In this document: positions 42,430 to 57,050 of the stretch, in pieces
Numbering within the stretch: position 1 is the first letter of the stretch
Layout: each line of letters begins with the position of its first letter
Assembly: GCA_951406725.2 (NCBI GenBank)
Contig: OX597833.1
Span: forward strand, 28,086,001-28,150,000
Source: Octopus vulgaris
Taxonomy: Eukaryota
Length of the DNA stretch: 64,000 nt
Reading direction: 5' to 3'
Position numbers and translations under genes: made by a program
The notes under the pieces: model-generated
Databases searched by the model: none
Told to the model about the DNA's origin: nothing
What the model saw: the letters and a program-made list of their open reading frames with translations, nothing else

Positions 42430-44182
42430 ATTTTGGACCTGTTATCGGGGTCAAGAATCTATGTACGAGCATCCTCGGTGTCTGATGGCAGAAGTGATAA
42501 AAATATTGATCCCACTCACAGATTAGTAGTTTATTTATTGATCCCGAAAGGATAAAAGACAAAGCTAACCTCGATGAAATTTGAACTCAAAGTAGTGACA
42601 AATACCCCAAATACTTGACGCTCAAACGACTTCGCCAATTCACCACAATACACTTGGCTAAACAAGTCAGAAATATATGTGAATGGTACTGGAATAGCAT
42701 CAGACATCTTCCAAAGGCTCCAAAGAAAATACAGAAAGAAAAACAGAAATAGTAGACTATTTTCGAACAGAAAATGTGTTCTAGTTAAATGCAGCATTGA
42801 CATCACAATGGTCAACTGAATTTTATGTACAAGGCGCTTTACACATGATGACGTCATAATGTAGAGAATTCAGATCCCAACACAGAAAACATGTTGAAAG
42901 GTAGAGTTAACTTTATTATGCATTATTCTTGCACTTTTCACTTAATCTGTATACCTGTGTGTGGATGTACCTCTGTGTGCTGTGTATGTATATATGCATG
43001 TATGTCACACACATACACATGCAAAGGAATGCATACATACCTAACCCACACAACCCCACGCACACACAGACACACACACACACCTATATATGTGTGTACA
43101 TACACGTACACACATACACACAACCACACACACATACACACACACATGCACGCGCATACACGCAATAAAACGCACACATACCTTCACACACACATATACA
43201 CACGCGCACACACACACATACACACATACGCACACATACATATACACACGCACATACATATACATACACACACATGCACATGTACGCACACATATCTGCC
43301 ACACACAACACTCATACAGACACGCACACAATTACGTATGCATATACACACACGCACGCAAGCACCCGCGTACATACACGCAGAAGAACGTACTCCAGAC
43401 ACAACACACGCATACACACACACACATACAAACACATACATACACACATACACACGCACACATACATACACACACGGACACACACACAGACAAACATACA
43501 CACACACGCACACGCACACATGCACAGGAATGCACATATACCTAACACACACAACCCCACGCACACACGCGCGCACACAGACGCATGCATACACTACACA
43601 CACACACAACATATGCATACGCGCACACACCTACATACACATGCACACACATACTTCAAACTGCTAGTGAAACACCTTTCTACTGACCATTCCTCTACGC
43701 ACATGTGAAAAAAACACTACACAAAAGACAGCCACTCCTACAACTAAATTCTTCCTACAACAGCAAGAGACACAAAGTTCACTCACACATACACATATAA
43801 ATAGCCAAAACCACACACACACACACGCACACACAACACATGCACAAATATATGCATACACACATGCTACTACACACACACACAACCTGTGCGCATGCAC
43901 ATACCCACACATACACACACATACCTCCTACTCTTACAGTCTCCTGTCTTAGAAAGAACTTCTCCTTCATCCATTCCCTTCCGGTCATTTCAAAATGTAG
44001 CCACATGTGAGCCGTTGACGATTTTCTTCCACCGTCTTCCCTTCTTTTGGACTTTCCTCTGTTTCCGAAGAACTCGAAATGTTAAACCATCTTCCTTTCT
44101 TTCCTGAGCGTCTGCTAATACATTACACATACCACGTCCTCGCGTTGTTGTTTTTTGTGTTTGTTCTTTGTTTAATTTACTA

Positions 44183-44214
<32 letters not shown>

Positions 44215-44229
44215 CATACATAATGTATG

Positions 44230-44267
<38 letters not shown>

Positions 44268-44319
44268 TACATATATACATTATGTATGCATTATGTATGT
44301 ATATATATGTATATGTATA

Positions 44320-44384
<65 letters not shown>

Positions 44385-44926
44385 ACATCATGTATGCATA
44401 TACATATACACACATATGTATACACACGCATAAACATACATGTATACATACCAACGTACATATATATACATATATGTATTACCCGGAGCTTTGAGAAAGT
44501 CATCGCTACCGAGCTAATCCACAGCCTACAGACGAACAAACTCACCTCCTGCATTCAGTTATGCGCTGTCGATAAAGTTTACGACATTAGCGCTGCTTTT
44601 AAATTGTGTTTGCATTTATTCTTACGTAATCATCGTCGTGGCATGCCAGCAAATGGTTTTTACATTGTTTGTAGATGGTCATTGACTGCTGATTCAGTTC
44701 GCCTCCAATTCGATTTGGGTATATGATGTTGATAAGCCTCAAAAATGGTGAAATATCGATATCCATCGCTTCTGAGTGGTATTTAGGGCGAATTGCCAGA
44801 TTTAGCACCTCTATACTTCCATCTCTTCCCTAAGATGAAGATGCCGCTCAAAGGTCACCGTTGTCGAGATCAAGAGCGAATCCTTGACTCACTTATGGAA
44901 AATGACTTCCAGGCCGGATTCTAAAG

Positions 44927-45275
44927 GTGACCACCATCCTCACAGACACCCATCATCGTCCCTATCACATCACCGAATCCTTTACCTACACTTCTAGTAA
45001 CATCGTTTACTACATCACCTGCTCTCGCTGTCCTTCCCTGTACATCGGTCAAACGAGACGCCGCTTGGCTGACCGGTTCGCGGAGCACCTCCGAGACATC
45101 AGACTCGGCAATGACACCTTGGTCATGCGCCATTTCCGCTCTACCGGTCGTTCGCTACAACATTACAACATCTGTCTGTCTTCGGACTGTCTTTGCACAG
45201 GAGCCATCCGGACTCTCGCCTTCACTGTGAACAGGAATTAATCTTCTCTCTTCCCTTCTTTGCACCATTGGGCTC
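44927..45275 (+). pseudogene. Penelope-like GIY-YIG endonuclease fragment
   Basis: SSNIVYYITCSRCPSLYIGQTRRRLADRFAEH. Confidence 0.85.
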
Positions 45276-45438
45276 AACTTACCTCCTCTCTTCATCTGAT
45301 ACCAACCTCACCTCCTCTTTTCATTTGATACCAACCCCACACCACTCCACACACACTAGCACTGGCCACTTCCTAGCACTCACACCACACATCATCTACA
45401 CGCCCACACAAAATCTTCTATAGCGTTACCACACATAC

Positions 45439-48358
45439 TAGTTGCCAATTTAGCATATTTTATGCTAGATCTAGCATTCTTTTTCAGCATTTTGCAGAAA
45501 ATTTTTGAATCTAGCATTTAGCGGGGAAAATAGCAGGTTTTAAATTTTATTTAGCATTTTTCTCTGATCGTGACATTTCCACAATAGCTATTCTTTTTAC
45601 TTCTTTTTCCTCCTTTTCTACTTTCGCTAATGTATCTTATAGCCAAATTTTAGTACTATCGGCTATTGTTGAATTTTTCTTTCACTTTCTTGAAACTTCA
45701 AATGAAAGTTTATCAAAAGGAAATTTATCAAGTTATGAACTTTTCCAGTCCCTCTTCCCCCATCCCCCCTCTTGGATACAGAGTGGTGCTTGGGGTGGGG
45801 GGATAATTCATGTCAGCATCTGAACTCACTACACAATAATGGAAATATGTTGCAAAGAATGAAAGCATGGAAATACGTTCTAACAATGTTTTATTCTGTT
45901 GTGATGAGTTTTTATCCTGACAGGTTGACTGATTTACTTTCAGTTTGACTGTTTTAAAATAGACCTGTGTTTTTTCATGCTTGTTTTGGATTATATATCT
46001 TGTATAGAAGTACAGGGGTGGCGGGGGTTTTCCCCCTTTATATTTCTACTTACTTTTTTTTCAACTATTGTAGTTATATTTGTGGTTTTACCAATAGATA
46101 TTAAATGTAAGATTGGAAGCGAAATATGATGTTTCCAGGTTTATATCAGAACATAGTTTTAGGATTCCTGCAGATTTTACTTTTCCATTTATAAGTTGGC
46201 CACCCTGCATCCTGATTCAGTATTCTTCACCTCAAGAATTTGTAAGCAGCAAACTTAAGAATTGTTAATGACGAATGAAAGAATTGTTAGCAGCAAACTG
46301 ATAAGTCGTGTTTTCAATTTTATATTTTTATTAATCATTCAATTTATTTTCTTGCTTCCCACTACATTATAATGAGCAAAGAAAAATCAAAGTTGTGCCA
46401 GCAAAAATTCCAAAAGGAATGGCTTAAGATGCCAGCGTTTACTAGTGACCAATCTAAAGCACATTGCAGATATTGTAGATGTAATATGTTGGCAAAATAT
46501 TCCCTTTTAATAAGCCACTGTGAAGCAAAGAAACATAAAGCATCAACTCCACATCAAATGATTCTGCTTACCAATTCTATTGAAACCAAAAATGATAAGA
46601 CATCTATGCTTGAAGCAAATTTAGCAATGTTTATTTGTTGCCATTCATCATTTAATAGCTGTGATCACTTAATAGAGTTATGTAAGAATTATATGTCTGA
46701 TAGTGATATTATATCAAAAGTGAAGTTGCTTCGTACAAAATGTGCAAATATTGTGAGAAATGTTCCAGCTCCATATTTTGATGGAGATTTGATTTCTGAT
46801 ATAGGAGATAGAAAATTTAGCCTGTTATTAGATGAATCCAATGATATATTGATGAGCAAGTTGTTAGGAATTGTTATCATATATTACAGTGGTACATACA
46901 TACAGTATGGTATCTTTAGAAACGTGATGCAGATGGCATTGTAGATGCCTTAAAAACTGAATTAGTGAAAAAGAAATTAGATATAAAAAAAATTTACTGG
47001 CAATAGGAACCGACAATGCTAGAGTAATGATAGGAGTCAACAATGGTGTTTTCCAGAAATTAAATGAAGTTCCATCATTGCTTCTATTTAGATGTGTATG
47101 TCATTCTTTACAGTTGGCAGTATCCCACACTTGTGCTGAATGCTTGCCCATAAATTTAGAATTTTTAGAATCCGAAACCTATAAATGGTCCTCTCATTCT
47201 TCAACAAGACAAAGTGCCTACAAACAACTTTACCTTGCTATCAATGATAAAGAGCCTTTGAAGATCATGAATTCTTGTACGACTAGGTGGCTGTCAATAG
47301 AACCAGCGGTAAATAGAATTTTAAGCCAATGGTTTGAATTGCAAACTCTCTTCCAAACTACAACCACAAAAGAAAAATACTTTACAGCACAAACGTTACA
47401 TGAAATGTTTTGTGATTCTAGGAATGAACTTTACCTTTTATTTTTGCATCCAATTTTAAAACATGTTCAGGAAGTGAATAAACTGTTTGAATCAAACACT
47501 GTCGACAAAACAAAATTACTTGAATATCTTTCAAATTTGATCAAATTTGTTGCTAATATGACAGTGTTGCCAACATGTAGAATTGATCCTCTTGATCCAG
47601 ATGCTTCTATTGAAAAATTTCTGGATCCTAAACCAAATCTAAGCTACAGGTTCGAGAGAAAAATAGCACAAATGATTATCAAGAAGCCACCGAAGAAAAT
47701 AATATTCGCAAAAGAGCACAATTTTTACTCTGCCTTTATAAAGAGCTCAAGCACCGTTTGCCAAGAAATATTAATATACTGAGGAATATCAAATGTTTTT
47801 CAGTAGAGAATATTTTGAAGCATTTCAAAGAGCCAATTTTACCTGTCTTAGAAGCAATGCATTTAAATGAAGAAAAAATTGCTTCAATTGAAATTCAGTT
47901 TAATAGCATTCATTTAGTTAAATGGACAAATACGTCTAATACTGAGGCATTCTGGCTGGAAGTCTTGAACTATAAAGATGCTACTGGAGGAAATCCTTTT
48001 AGAGATGTTGCAAATTTTGCCATTAATCTATTGACATTGCCAACCTCAGATGCAGAAGTTGAACGGTTGCTCAGTAGTATGGGTGTAATCAAATCAAAAT
48101 TGAAAAACAAAACGCATCTTCCTATGCTTAGATCAATACTGTCTATAAAATATGGCCTGAAAAGATATGGGAAATGTTGCAAAAACTTTGATATTCCAAA
48201 ACCCATACTTAACAAGATTGGGACCTTGAATGTATACAGAAGTCAAAATAAAAATGTAAATAAAAATTAAGCTTTTTAATATAATTAGTTTTTAGCAGCG
48301 CACTTTACGGTAATAACAATCAACTTCTGTCATTCAAATGCAAAATGGCTGGCAACTA
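45439..48358 (+). mobile_element. hAT transposon with frameshifted transposase (46372-48270)
   Basis: TIR TAGTTGCCA/TGGCAACTA; N-terminal CxxC..H zinc finger, FSLLLDES, GTDNA, CVCHSLQL, TRWLS and hATC LPTSDAEVER motifs. TSD not clear. Confidence 0.85.
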
Positions 48359-48483
48359 ACATCATGCTTGAAAATCAAAAGTACCAACGAATTTGAATCA
48401 AACTGTTTTGATCCATACATGTAACTTCCAATAAATTCGTTGAGTGCCCTTCTTTCGTTTGTCCACTCACTCGTGTGTGTGTG

Positions 48484-48535
<52 letters not shown>

Positions 48536-48542
48536 GTATATA

Positions 48543-49833
48543 CGAGGGACGTTCAATAAGTAATGCCTCTGACCCACTTGCAGTTATTTGATCTAGCTGA
48601 AATTTTGCATGTGCAATCATTTATATCTCTATAGAGCAAGTGGCAAATTACAGCTCTGAAATAATTGTGGTTTCTGATTTACAGGTGTTTGAACTGAGTC
48701 AAGTGTGAAATGGGGCCTGTTGAATGTCGAGCAGTGATCCGGTTTTTGTATTTGAAAGGACGCACACCACGGGAGACTTTTGATGAAATGAAAGTAACTT
48801 ATGGTAATGATGCCCCATCATATGACCTTGTAAAACGCTGGCATCGTGAATTCAAACATGGTCGGAACTCTGTGGAAACAGCTTCCAGATCTGGTCGCCC
48901 CCTTCTGCCATTGATGAGGCATCTGTCCGTCAAGTTGAGGCTGCCATTTTGGAAGATCGACGCATAATTATTCGCCAAATAGCCCATGAGGTCAAGATTA
49001 GTACCGGGTCTATGGAAACTATCATTCATGACCATTTGCATATGCAAAAGGTGTCTGCCAGATGGATTCCCAGGTTGCTCACGCCTTTCCAGAAGCAAGA
49101 ACGCGTCGAGTGCTCGAGGGTAAATTTGGAGATGTGCCAAGAAGATGAGTCAAAATTTTTCAAAAGACTGATTACACAGGATGAAACCTGGGTCCATCAC
49201 GATGATCCAGAGACCAAAGCCCAGTCAATGCAGTGGAAGCACCGTGACTCACCCCCTCCAAAGAAGGCAAGGGTGCAGCCCTTCGCTGGCAAGGTCATGC
49301 TCACAGTCTTCTGGGACCAGGACGGAGTAGTGATGACAGATTTCCTGGCAAAGGGTACCACAATTGCAGGAGCCTATTATGCTTCACTTTTGAGGAAATT
49401 AACAGAAGTTATCAAAATCAAGAAGCGGGGCAAGATCAGCAAAGGCATCCTCCTCCTGCAGGACAACGCTCCGGTCCACAACTCGCTTGTCGCCAGATCA
49501 GAAGCACAGGCGTATGGCTATGAACTCCTCCCCATCACCCCTACCTTCCTGACCTTGCATCCTCTGATTTTCACCTCTTCCCAATCATGAAGTTGTTTTT
49601 GAAAGGAAAGCGTTTCTCAGATGATGCAGCCTTGATTTCTGAAGTCACGTTGAGGTTGGAGGACCAAGCTGGGTTCTTCTACAAAAACGGTCTCCAGAGC
49701 CGCATCAAACGATGGGAGAAATGCGTAACTCTGGGTGGTTCCTATGTAGAAAAAGACTAATAACTGTGCCAAGTTTCGTTGCTCTACTGCTATGGGAAGT
49801 GGGTCAAGGGCATTACTTATTGAACGCCCCTCG
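48543..49833 (+). mobile_element. Full-length mariner (DD34D), second copy, frameshifted
   Basis: Same TIRs and transposase as 25961-27248; inserted in (TA)n. Confidence 0.95.
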
Positions 49834-49843
49834 TATATATATG

Positions 49844-49905
<62 letters not shown>

Positions 49906-50155
49906 TTTGATTTGATTTTGATTTTTCCAGTTTCAGCTTATGAGCTGTGGCCATGCTGGGGCACCGCCATTTGGTGTTGCTACTTGGTTTCACTTCATGA
50001 AGGCTTTCTAGCAGCTGCTATTTGGTGCATGAGAGAGTTCGATGCAGCTGCCCTCATCTGCCCCTCCTGCCGTGAAGTTGGTTCATCTGGGACACCTGAC
50101 AGGAAGAGATCCAGCTTCATTTTAAAGACATCTGTATCCACCCCATGCAGGTCTC

Positions 50156-52081
50156 TCAGGTTCTTCGGGAAGATATTGAAGAGCTGTGGGCTCTTGTCCT
50201 ACATCTTGATGGCAAGTTTGGAGTCCTAGGCACCACGCAGTGGCGCCCAGTTCTGGCATTTGCGTAACTCTCGATGCCAAAGTTCAGGACACTTCCCTCC
50301 AGGATCTTCCAGATGTATATTATGGCATATCTTTCCCGCCTACGCTCCAGGGAATATAATTTTAATTTCCTGAGTCTTTCCCAGTAGCTTACATTCTGCA
50401 TAGAGGCTATCTTCTTCGTGTAGCTACGTTGGATTGCCTCGAGCTCTGTGATGAACTTGACACTGGATGGTGACCATAACTGAGAGCAGTAGTCAAAGTG
50501 GCTTAGGACAAGTGTCCTCCAGAGGACCATCATGGTTTCTTGTTCTCTTGTTCTAAAGGTTCTGAGGATCCATCCGGCCAGTCGTCTACATTTCATTGCC
50601 AATTTAGCAACATGTACACGAAAGGTCGCGTCATCACTCATGTAAATACCTAGGTCACGCACTGATTGTGCCTCTGGGATTGCTATTCCTCCGGGTCCAG
50701 TGTATTCATTGGGTATTGCATTTAGTTTTGCATGCTGATAGTATAGAGCTTGAAACTTTTCAGCATTGAACTGCATGCTATTCTTTTCGGCCCACTTGTA
50801 TATTTTGTCTAGCTCACATTGCAGGTGTTTAGTGTCCTCAGGGTTCTGTATTGCCTGTGAAACTTTTGTATCATCTGCATAACTTGTGATCGTGGCTCTC
50901 TGCGTGGCTGAGGGCATGTCTGAGAGGGCCATTATGAACAGTAGTGGTCCCAGAACAGTGCCCTGCGGAACACCGCTCACTATTTGCGTGTTAATGGAAG
51001 TGGCCCCATTGGCCACTACCACCTGACTTCTATCTTTCAGAAAGTCATGAAGCCATTCTCCCAGTTTTCCAACTATGTTGAGATCACGCAGTTTGTGACA
51101 TATCATTCCATGATCGACTTTATCAAAGGCCTTTGCAAAGTCGAGATATATGACTTCCACATTTGAGTGGTTGAGCAGCCGTTTCAGCACCCAGTCATAG
51201 TGTTGTAGGAGCTGAGTTAAACAGCTTCTCCCTGGTCGGAAACCATGTTGGGTGTCGGGCAGCAAGTCATTTTCTTCAAGGAAGGTGATCAGCTTCCTTC
51301 TGACTATTCGTTCCATGACCTTGCTGATGTGTGAGGTCAGAGAGATAGGTCTATAGTTCTTGGCTTCCGCTCTGCTACCTCCTTTATGAATGGGGCATAT
51401 TTTACCTTCCTTCAGTTTTCTTGGAAGTTTGCCAGCTGCAAGGAAGCTCTGAAAGAGGAACTGCAGTGGTCTTGCTAGGACTCTCTTACATGCTTTTAGG
51501 AGGATTGCCGGGAATCCATCGGGGCCAGTAGCTGAGTCTGTTTTCATTTCATCTATAGCCTTGATTACATCGTCTTCCTTTATATCGATGTAATCTATCG
51601 TCGCCGCCTCTGATTTTATATCTGCAGTGGTAAAAAAGTCAGTTGGATTGGTGATTTGGAGATGCCCAAGGGGTGGAGTGAAAACACTCTTGAATTGCTC
51701 ATTCAGTATTTCACTTACCCTCATTGGTTTTCCTGTAAGTGTGCCATCCTTTTCGAGGAGTGGCCCTATTCTACAGTGCACCGTAGCTGTTTCTTTGGCA
51801 TACCTGTAGAAAGCTCTGGGGTTAGATTTTATGTTGTCTATAGCCCAGGCTTCTTTGTCTGCTCTTTCCTTTTCATGGGAGAGTTTCAGACATTTTTCGA
51901 TTTCCAACAGTTTTATTTTTAGGCGGGACTTTTCACTGCTTTCAATCTGTTTGTTTAGGCGATTTGAAAATTTTGTACGCCGTCTCATTAGAATTTTCCT
52001 CTCTCTGGGGATTTTGTTCTTGTGTACAGTGGCCTTTCTCTCTGGGACACATTTGTAGCATATGGCTTGCATTACAGACAT
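50156..52081 (-). CDS. CR1-clade LINE ORF2 reverse transcriptase, 5'-truncated
   Basis: 641-aa open frame: [63 protein letters not shown]. Confidence 0.9.
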   Translation of the reverse strand: MSVMQAICYKCVPERKATVHKNKIPRERKILMRRRTKFSNRLNKQIESSEKSRLKIKLLEIEKCLKLSHEKERADKEAWAIDNIKSNPRAFYRYAKETATVHCRIGPLLEKDGTLTGKPMRVSEILNEQFKSVFTPPLGHLQITNPTDFFTTADIKSEAATIDYIDIKEDDVIKAIDEMKTDSATGPDGFPAILLKACKRVLARPLQFLFQSFLAAGKLPRKLKEGKICPIHKGGSRAEAKNYRPISLTSHISKVMERIVRRKLITFLEENDLLPDTQHGFRPGRSCLTQLLQHYDWVLKRLLNHSNVEVIYLDFAKAFDKVDHGMICHKLRDLNIVGKLGEWLHDFLKDRSQVVVANGATSINTQIVSGVPQGTVLGPLLFIMALSDMPSATQRATITSYADDTKVSQAIQNPEDTKHLQCELDKIYKWAEKNSMQFNAEKFQALYYQHAKLNAIPNEYTGPGGIAIPEAQSVRDLGIYMSDDATFRVHVAKLAMKCRRLAGWILRTFRTREQETMMVLWRTLVLSHFDYCSQLWSPSSVKFITELEAIQRSYTKKIASMQNVSYWERLRKLKLYSLERRRERYAIIYIWKILEGSVLNFGIESYANARTGRHCVVPRTPNLPSRCRTRAHSSSISSRRT

Positions 52082-52082
52082 G

Positions 52083-52187
<105 letters not shown>

Positions 52188-52429
52188 GCGTGTGTGTATA
52201 TACGTGTTTATGTCTTTATATTTGTGTTTGCCCACTACCACCGCTCAACAGTCGGTGTGGGTTTTTATACCCCTGGAACTTAGTAGTTTGGCAAAAGAGA
52301 CAGATAGAATAAGTACCAGTGTCAGTCAAAGGCATTTATTCATCGAAATATATCCCATCATATTTTATTGCCATCATTATGCCAAAAGCTTAATTCCACG
52401 CATATAGCATTTGGCTACGTTAGAGGCAA

Positions 52430-53160
52430 AAACTCCTTACACCAGTTTTCAACCTCATCTATGGTTCGGAAATATGGTATTCTGATGGTGCAAGGACTGG
52501 ATAGTATGTAGGGTGAAGTAGTATTTCTGGCCCCTCAAGTTTGCGCTTGGTCACATTAGTAGTGTGTGGTGGGGCATTGTTTATGCTGTAGGACTGTGCA
52601 TCTTCAATTGACTGGTGCCTGGTAGCCGGTTTCAAAGCATCATATACTCGCTGCAGTTGTTGAGCATAAAAGTTAGCACTCACAGCATGACCATCTGGGA
52701 TAAACTCAAAGTGCAATGACTCCTTGAAAGTCCACCAAATACACAATATGATCTGTTCAAACCGTCCTTCTTTAACAACAGGTTCTGAAGCCCGGTTGGA
52801 ACGAAGCCACTGATTTCGGTTATTAGGATTATGAAAATAGTTCCATTTTTCATCCTCAGTTACAATTTGATGCCAAAAACGAGTTCTTGAGGATTTGCCA
52901 GCAGTTTGCAAATATTCACATGTCATTGAGCTTGGTCATTGGTCAATTCATGGGGAGCTTCTCGACAACGTTTGTTCAAAAGGTTGAGTTTATGGCAGTG
53001 TCAGTTGACGGTGCTTTGCAAAGGACCAAGTTCTGTCGTCAATGTATGAGTGCTTGTGCTTGACGTACTTAACCATTTTTAAATAAGGACTCACCCTCCA
53101 CAACAGTTCTCACTGGCCTTAGTTTCTCTTCAAGACTGGTGTCATCTTCTTTGAAACATT
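52430..53160 (-). pseudogene. Degenerate mariner transposase
   Basis: IVTEDEKW, NAPPH, HPTYYPVLAPSEY. Confidence 0.8.
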
Positions 53161-53221
53161 CTGCCAGAAATCATTAATGAAAATCAAAAAAAACTTTTGA
53201 CTCAACCTGGTATATATATAA

Positions 53222-54001
53222 AGTGTATCCCAGAAGTTTTGAGACTTTTTGGGGAGAAACATTTATAAATTTTAAAGAAGTACAATTCGAAATCGGAACC
53301 TCTAACTTCAATGCACTTGTTGTAGTGCTCGAGCCGCTTCGTGAAGGTCCCATGAAAGGGTCTCCAGGACCCTTGTCATAGCTTCCATCTTCTTCAGCTT
53401 GGAGAACAGCCAAAACTCACAGTTCTGATGCCCATCTCTGTCATGTCGTTGGTTACCAGGATGGAATTGTGGACTGGTGAATTGTGCTGGTGCAGGTTCT
53501 CTTGCCATGGGCAACGTAATGTCTTTCTGAACTTCCTCAAAACCTCAACAAAGTATTCTGTTACTGCTTGGCCAGAGAGAACCCAGTGGATGTAGATGAT
53601 ACCCTTGCTGTCGAAAAATGAGGTTATTGTGAGCTTTCTAGTGGACTTGCTTTGCCTGGCTGCTTGTGTCAGGCAAAAACAGGGGTTCAGGCTCACACAC
53701 GTTAATCCATAAGCAGTCTGGGGCATTTCATACGTTTCTGTAGCACTTTAAAACAAAGCTTTATTGCATAGCGAGCTTCCACAGCATCTTCAAGTCCCAA
53801 CTGCATTCTCCAAACTGGTCAATTATGGCAGTGTTTAGTAAGACGTAGGTTACAACCGTCTCCTTCAGTTTGGAATAACAAAAGTTGGTCGGTCAGCTTC
53901 TTAGATGTATAGTAATGATACACTAGAGTTACAATAATCTAGGACAGTTATAACAACCTCTGCTAGAAAAAAAAGTCTCAAAACTTCTGGAATATACCTC
54001 G
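53222..54001 (-). mobile_element. Deleted mariner-family element
   Basis: TIR CCAGAAGTTTTGAGACTTTT; relic FFDSKGIIYIHWV..LHQHNSPVH reads on the minus strand (ORF 53394-53726). Confidence 0.7.
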
Positions 54002-54029
54002 TATATGTGTGTGCGTGTCTGTGTCAGTG

Positions 54030-54084
<55 letters not shown>

Positions 54085-54776
54085 ACGAGTGAATTATCAA
54101 ATAAACTGAAGTACCACTCGACATATAGGTGGAGTTGTATTTATAGACTAACAGATTGATGTAGCTCCTCATGTTAAAGCCTTGGGGACGGGGGAAAAAA
54201 ATGTTCATTTCCTCATTTCTTCAGAAGCAAAGTGAAGAAGAAAAAGATGGCTACTTTATGACAGAGTGATTTCGCCATCACTATATTTCAGTGGTTCCAT
54301 GATTTCAGAAATTAACCAGCCTTCAAATTCACCCAGTTCTTTATCATCGATTTTAGCCCTTCACTGTCAAAACCCTCCTCTTTGAAGATTTTGCTAAGCA
54401 ATTTTCCAAAATCAATAACCTTCACACTAGAATCATTATGGATGCTAAGAAGTCGCTTCTTTTTTTTTTCACAATATTTCTTACACGATAAAAACAAAGG
54501 AGGGTATCACTGATGTGTTAAATATCATGCAGCGATTGTAAACTGACATCAAGATTCCGCCTGTTTTAATACATAGCATGCTTCCATCTAGTTGTAGTTA
54601 TCACTAAGTTATCACTATACCAATGTGACCTGAACTGAGTAATGTGGTTCATATCCCCTCTATTATAAAGAAATCATATTTTTCTTCACTTTGCTTTTGA
54701 ATGATTGAGGAGATGAATGCCCTTTTACGTTCACAAAACTTTTAAGTAACATGAGGAGATAAATCAGACTGTTACT

Positions 54777-54823
<47 letters not shown>

Positions 54824-57050
54824 CTAAGCTGTTGATATTGTCTTCAAAAAATATAATCTTTCATTTTTAGTCTTATCTCGTAATAACTCGTCCCTATGTG
54901 CTGATAATTTCTTCTTTCTTTGCTCTCTACGATAATTTGTCCGTTGTCTATGACATTGTTTCTTCAAACCCCGTTTGCCTAATTCTTCTCTTTCCATACA
55001 TCTCTCTGAATCAAAACTTCGCCATTCGTGGTGCACCCGCCATTTCCCACCCCCACCACCAATACCGGATATCTCTCTATATATTTCTCAATCTATACCG
55101 GATATCCCTTCTCCCACCACCATTATGGGTGCCTATTCCTCGAACCCCTCCTCCTCAATACGCTATTTCACTATGAATTACCCCTGCTTATCTTCCCCTC
55201 CTTCCAGTCCCCCCCCCCTCACGTTATATCCTACGTTTAATTTTGTCTAGAACCTGCCACCACCCCTACCTGTCATCGTTTCTCCTAACACCCCTCCCCA
55301 CTGGTGCTCCCCCCCTATATTACCTGCACTCTCCCCCCATTCTCTCTTCTCCCTGCTGGAACCCCCAGCCCATCTCTAGAATATCCATGTTTCTGCTACA
55401 CTGCTTAAACCACTTGCTCAATGACCATAATGCTTGCTTAGAATACTGCTAACACCTGCCTACGGCAGGGGCCAGAACCTTAACATGCCTAAATGCTTGA
55501 ATGTTGTCAGGTCGGAAGAGAGATCAGACGAAAAATGCCTAAAAAACAATCACCACCACCACAACAACCCTCTTCTTTTCAGGCGCTAAATTGCACCCCT
55601 CCTCCCCACATCTCCTTCCCAGTTTTCAGAGTTGGCACTGTGAGATTGTAGAGATGCTTGAGAGAAGATGGGTTGATGTATGCTGCATACAAGAGGTAAG
55701 GTGGAGAGGTGCATCAGCTAGGGTCCTCACAGGCAAGGCACATAGGTATAAAAGTCTTCTGGCAAGGTAACATGGATGGGGTAGGGGTGTAGGCATTCTC
55801 CTTGCGGAGAAATGGGTGGATAAGGTCATAGAGGTTGTCAGGGTTTGCGATAGAGTGCTTAAGCTCAGGTTAGTCCTACAGAGTGGCACAGCTACGATTA
55901 TCTCCGCCTATGCCCCACATGTGGGGCTACCAAATGATTAGAAGGACCACTTTTATGATACCCTTCTACAGGCTACCTCAAAGACTAGTGGCAAGGACCT
56001 CATCTTTGTGGGTGGAGACTTTAATGGGCATGTTGGGCGGGAATCGAGTATCTTCACTGGGGTACACAGTGGCCATGGTATTGGCACCAGAAATGATGAG
56101 GGAACTAGACTACTGGAATTCTGTGATGCATATAACCTTTTAATCTGCAACACTAACTTCAGGAAGCCTGACTGTCACCTAATAACTTATCAGTCAGGAG
56201 ACTCCGCAAGCCAAATAGACTTCATCCTCACCAGACAGCGGGATGCAGGGTCGCTCTTAAATACAAAGACCCTCCTGGGTGAAGAGTGTATCCATTCAGC
56301 ATAGGCTAATCATTAGTGACTTTAGGCCTGAGGCCAGAAGGACTCCAAGAAACAGACCAATCCAGAAAAGAAGGATTTGGAAGCTAAAGAACCCTTCACA
56401 TGGTCAGAGATTTAGGGACATCCTCATCAAGAAATTTGATGAGAGGGAGGAGGAGCTACAGACGTCGGACATAGAAGGTAGCTGGAAATTCCTACAGGAC
56501 AGCTTGCTGAGTGCCACAGACCAAGTCTGTGGATGGTGCAAAGTCCCTTCCAGACCCAGAGTTACGTGGTGGTGGAATAGTGCAGTAGACAAAGCAATTA
56601 GTGCAAAGAAACAGGCCTGGAGAGCCTGGGGGAATGGGGGTAGCAGGGAACCGTACCAAGTGGCCAAAAGGGAGGCCGGGTGGCAGGTATACATAGCCAA
56701 AGATATAGCAGAAAAGAAGAAGTTTGCCAATGTCCAGCGACGTGAGGACCAAAGAACTGAGGTATTTTGGATTACTAGACAGTGTGTGAGAGAAAATAGT
56801 GATGTTACAGGAGAGAAATGTGTCCGCATGGATGATAGGGCACTTGCTTTTAATGTTGGTGAAAAGAAAGAGGCTTGGGGAAGCCATTATGAAAGACTGC
56901 AGAATGTGGAGAATGATGGGAGGAAGAGAGCCTGCCAAATGTTGACCCAGTAGAGGGACCAGCTATCCAAATAGACAGCTCCCTTGTAGTTAAGGCAATT
57001 AAGGGTATGAAACCAGGTAAAGCCCCGGCCCATCAGGTATCACTGCTGAG

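Noticed and set aside
55450-55530. Possible HDV-like ribozyme at the RTE 5' end
   Set aside because: Only a simple CCTGCC/GGCAGG hairpin; I could not build the nested double pseudoknot.
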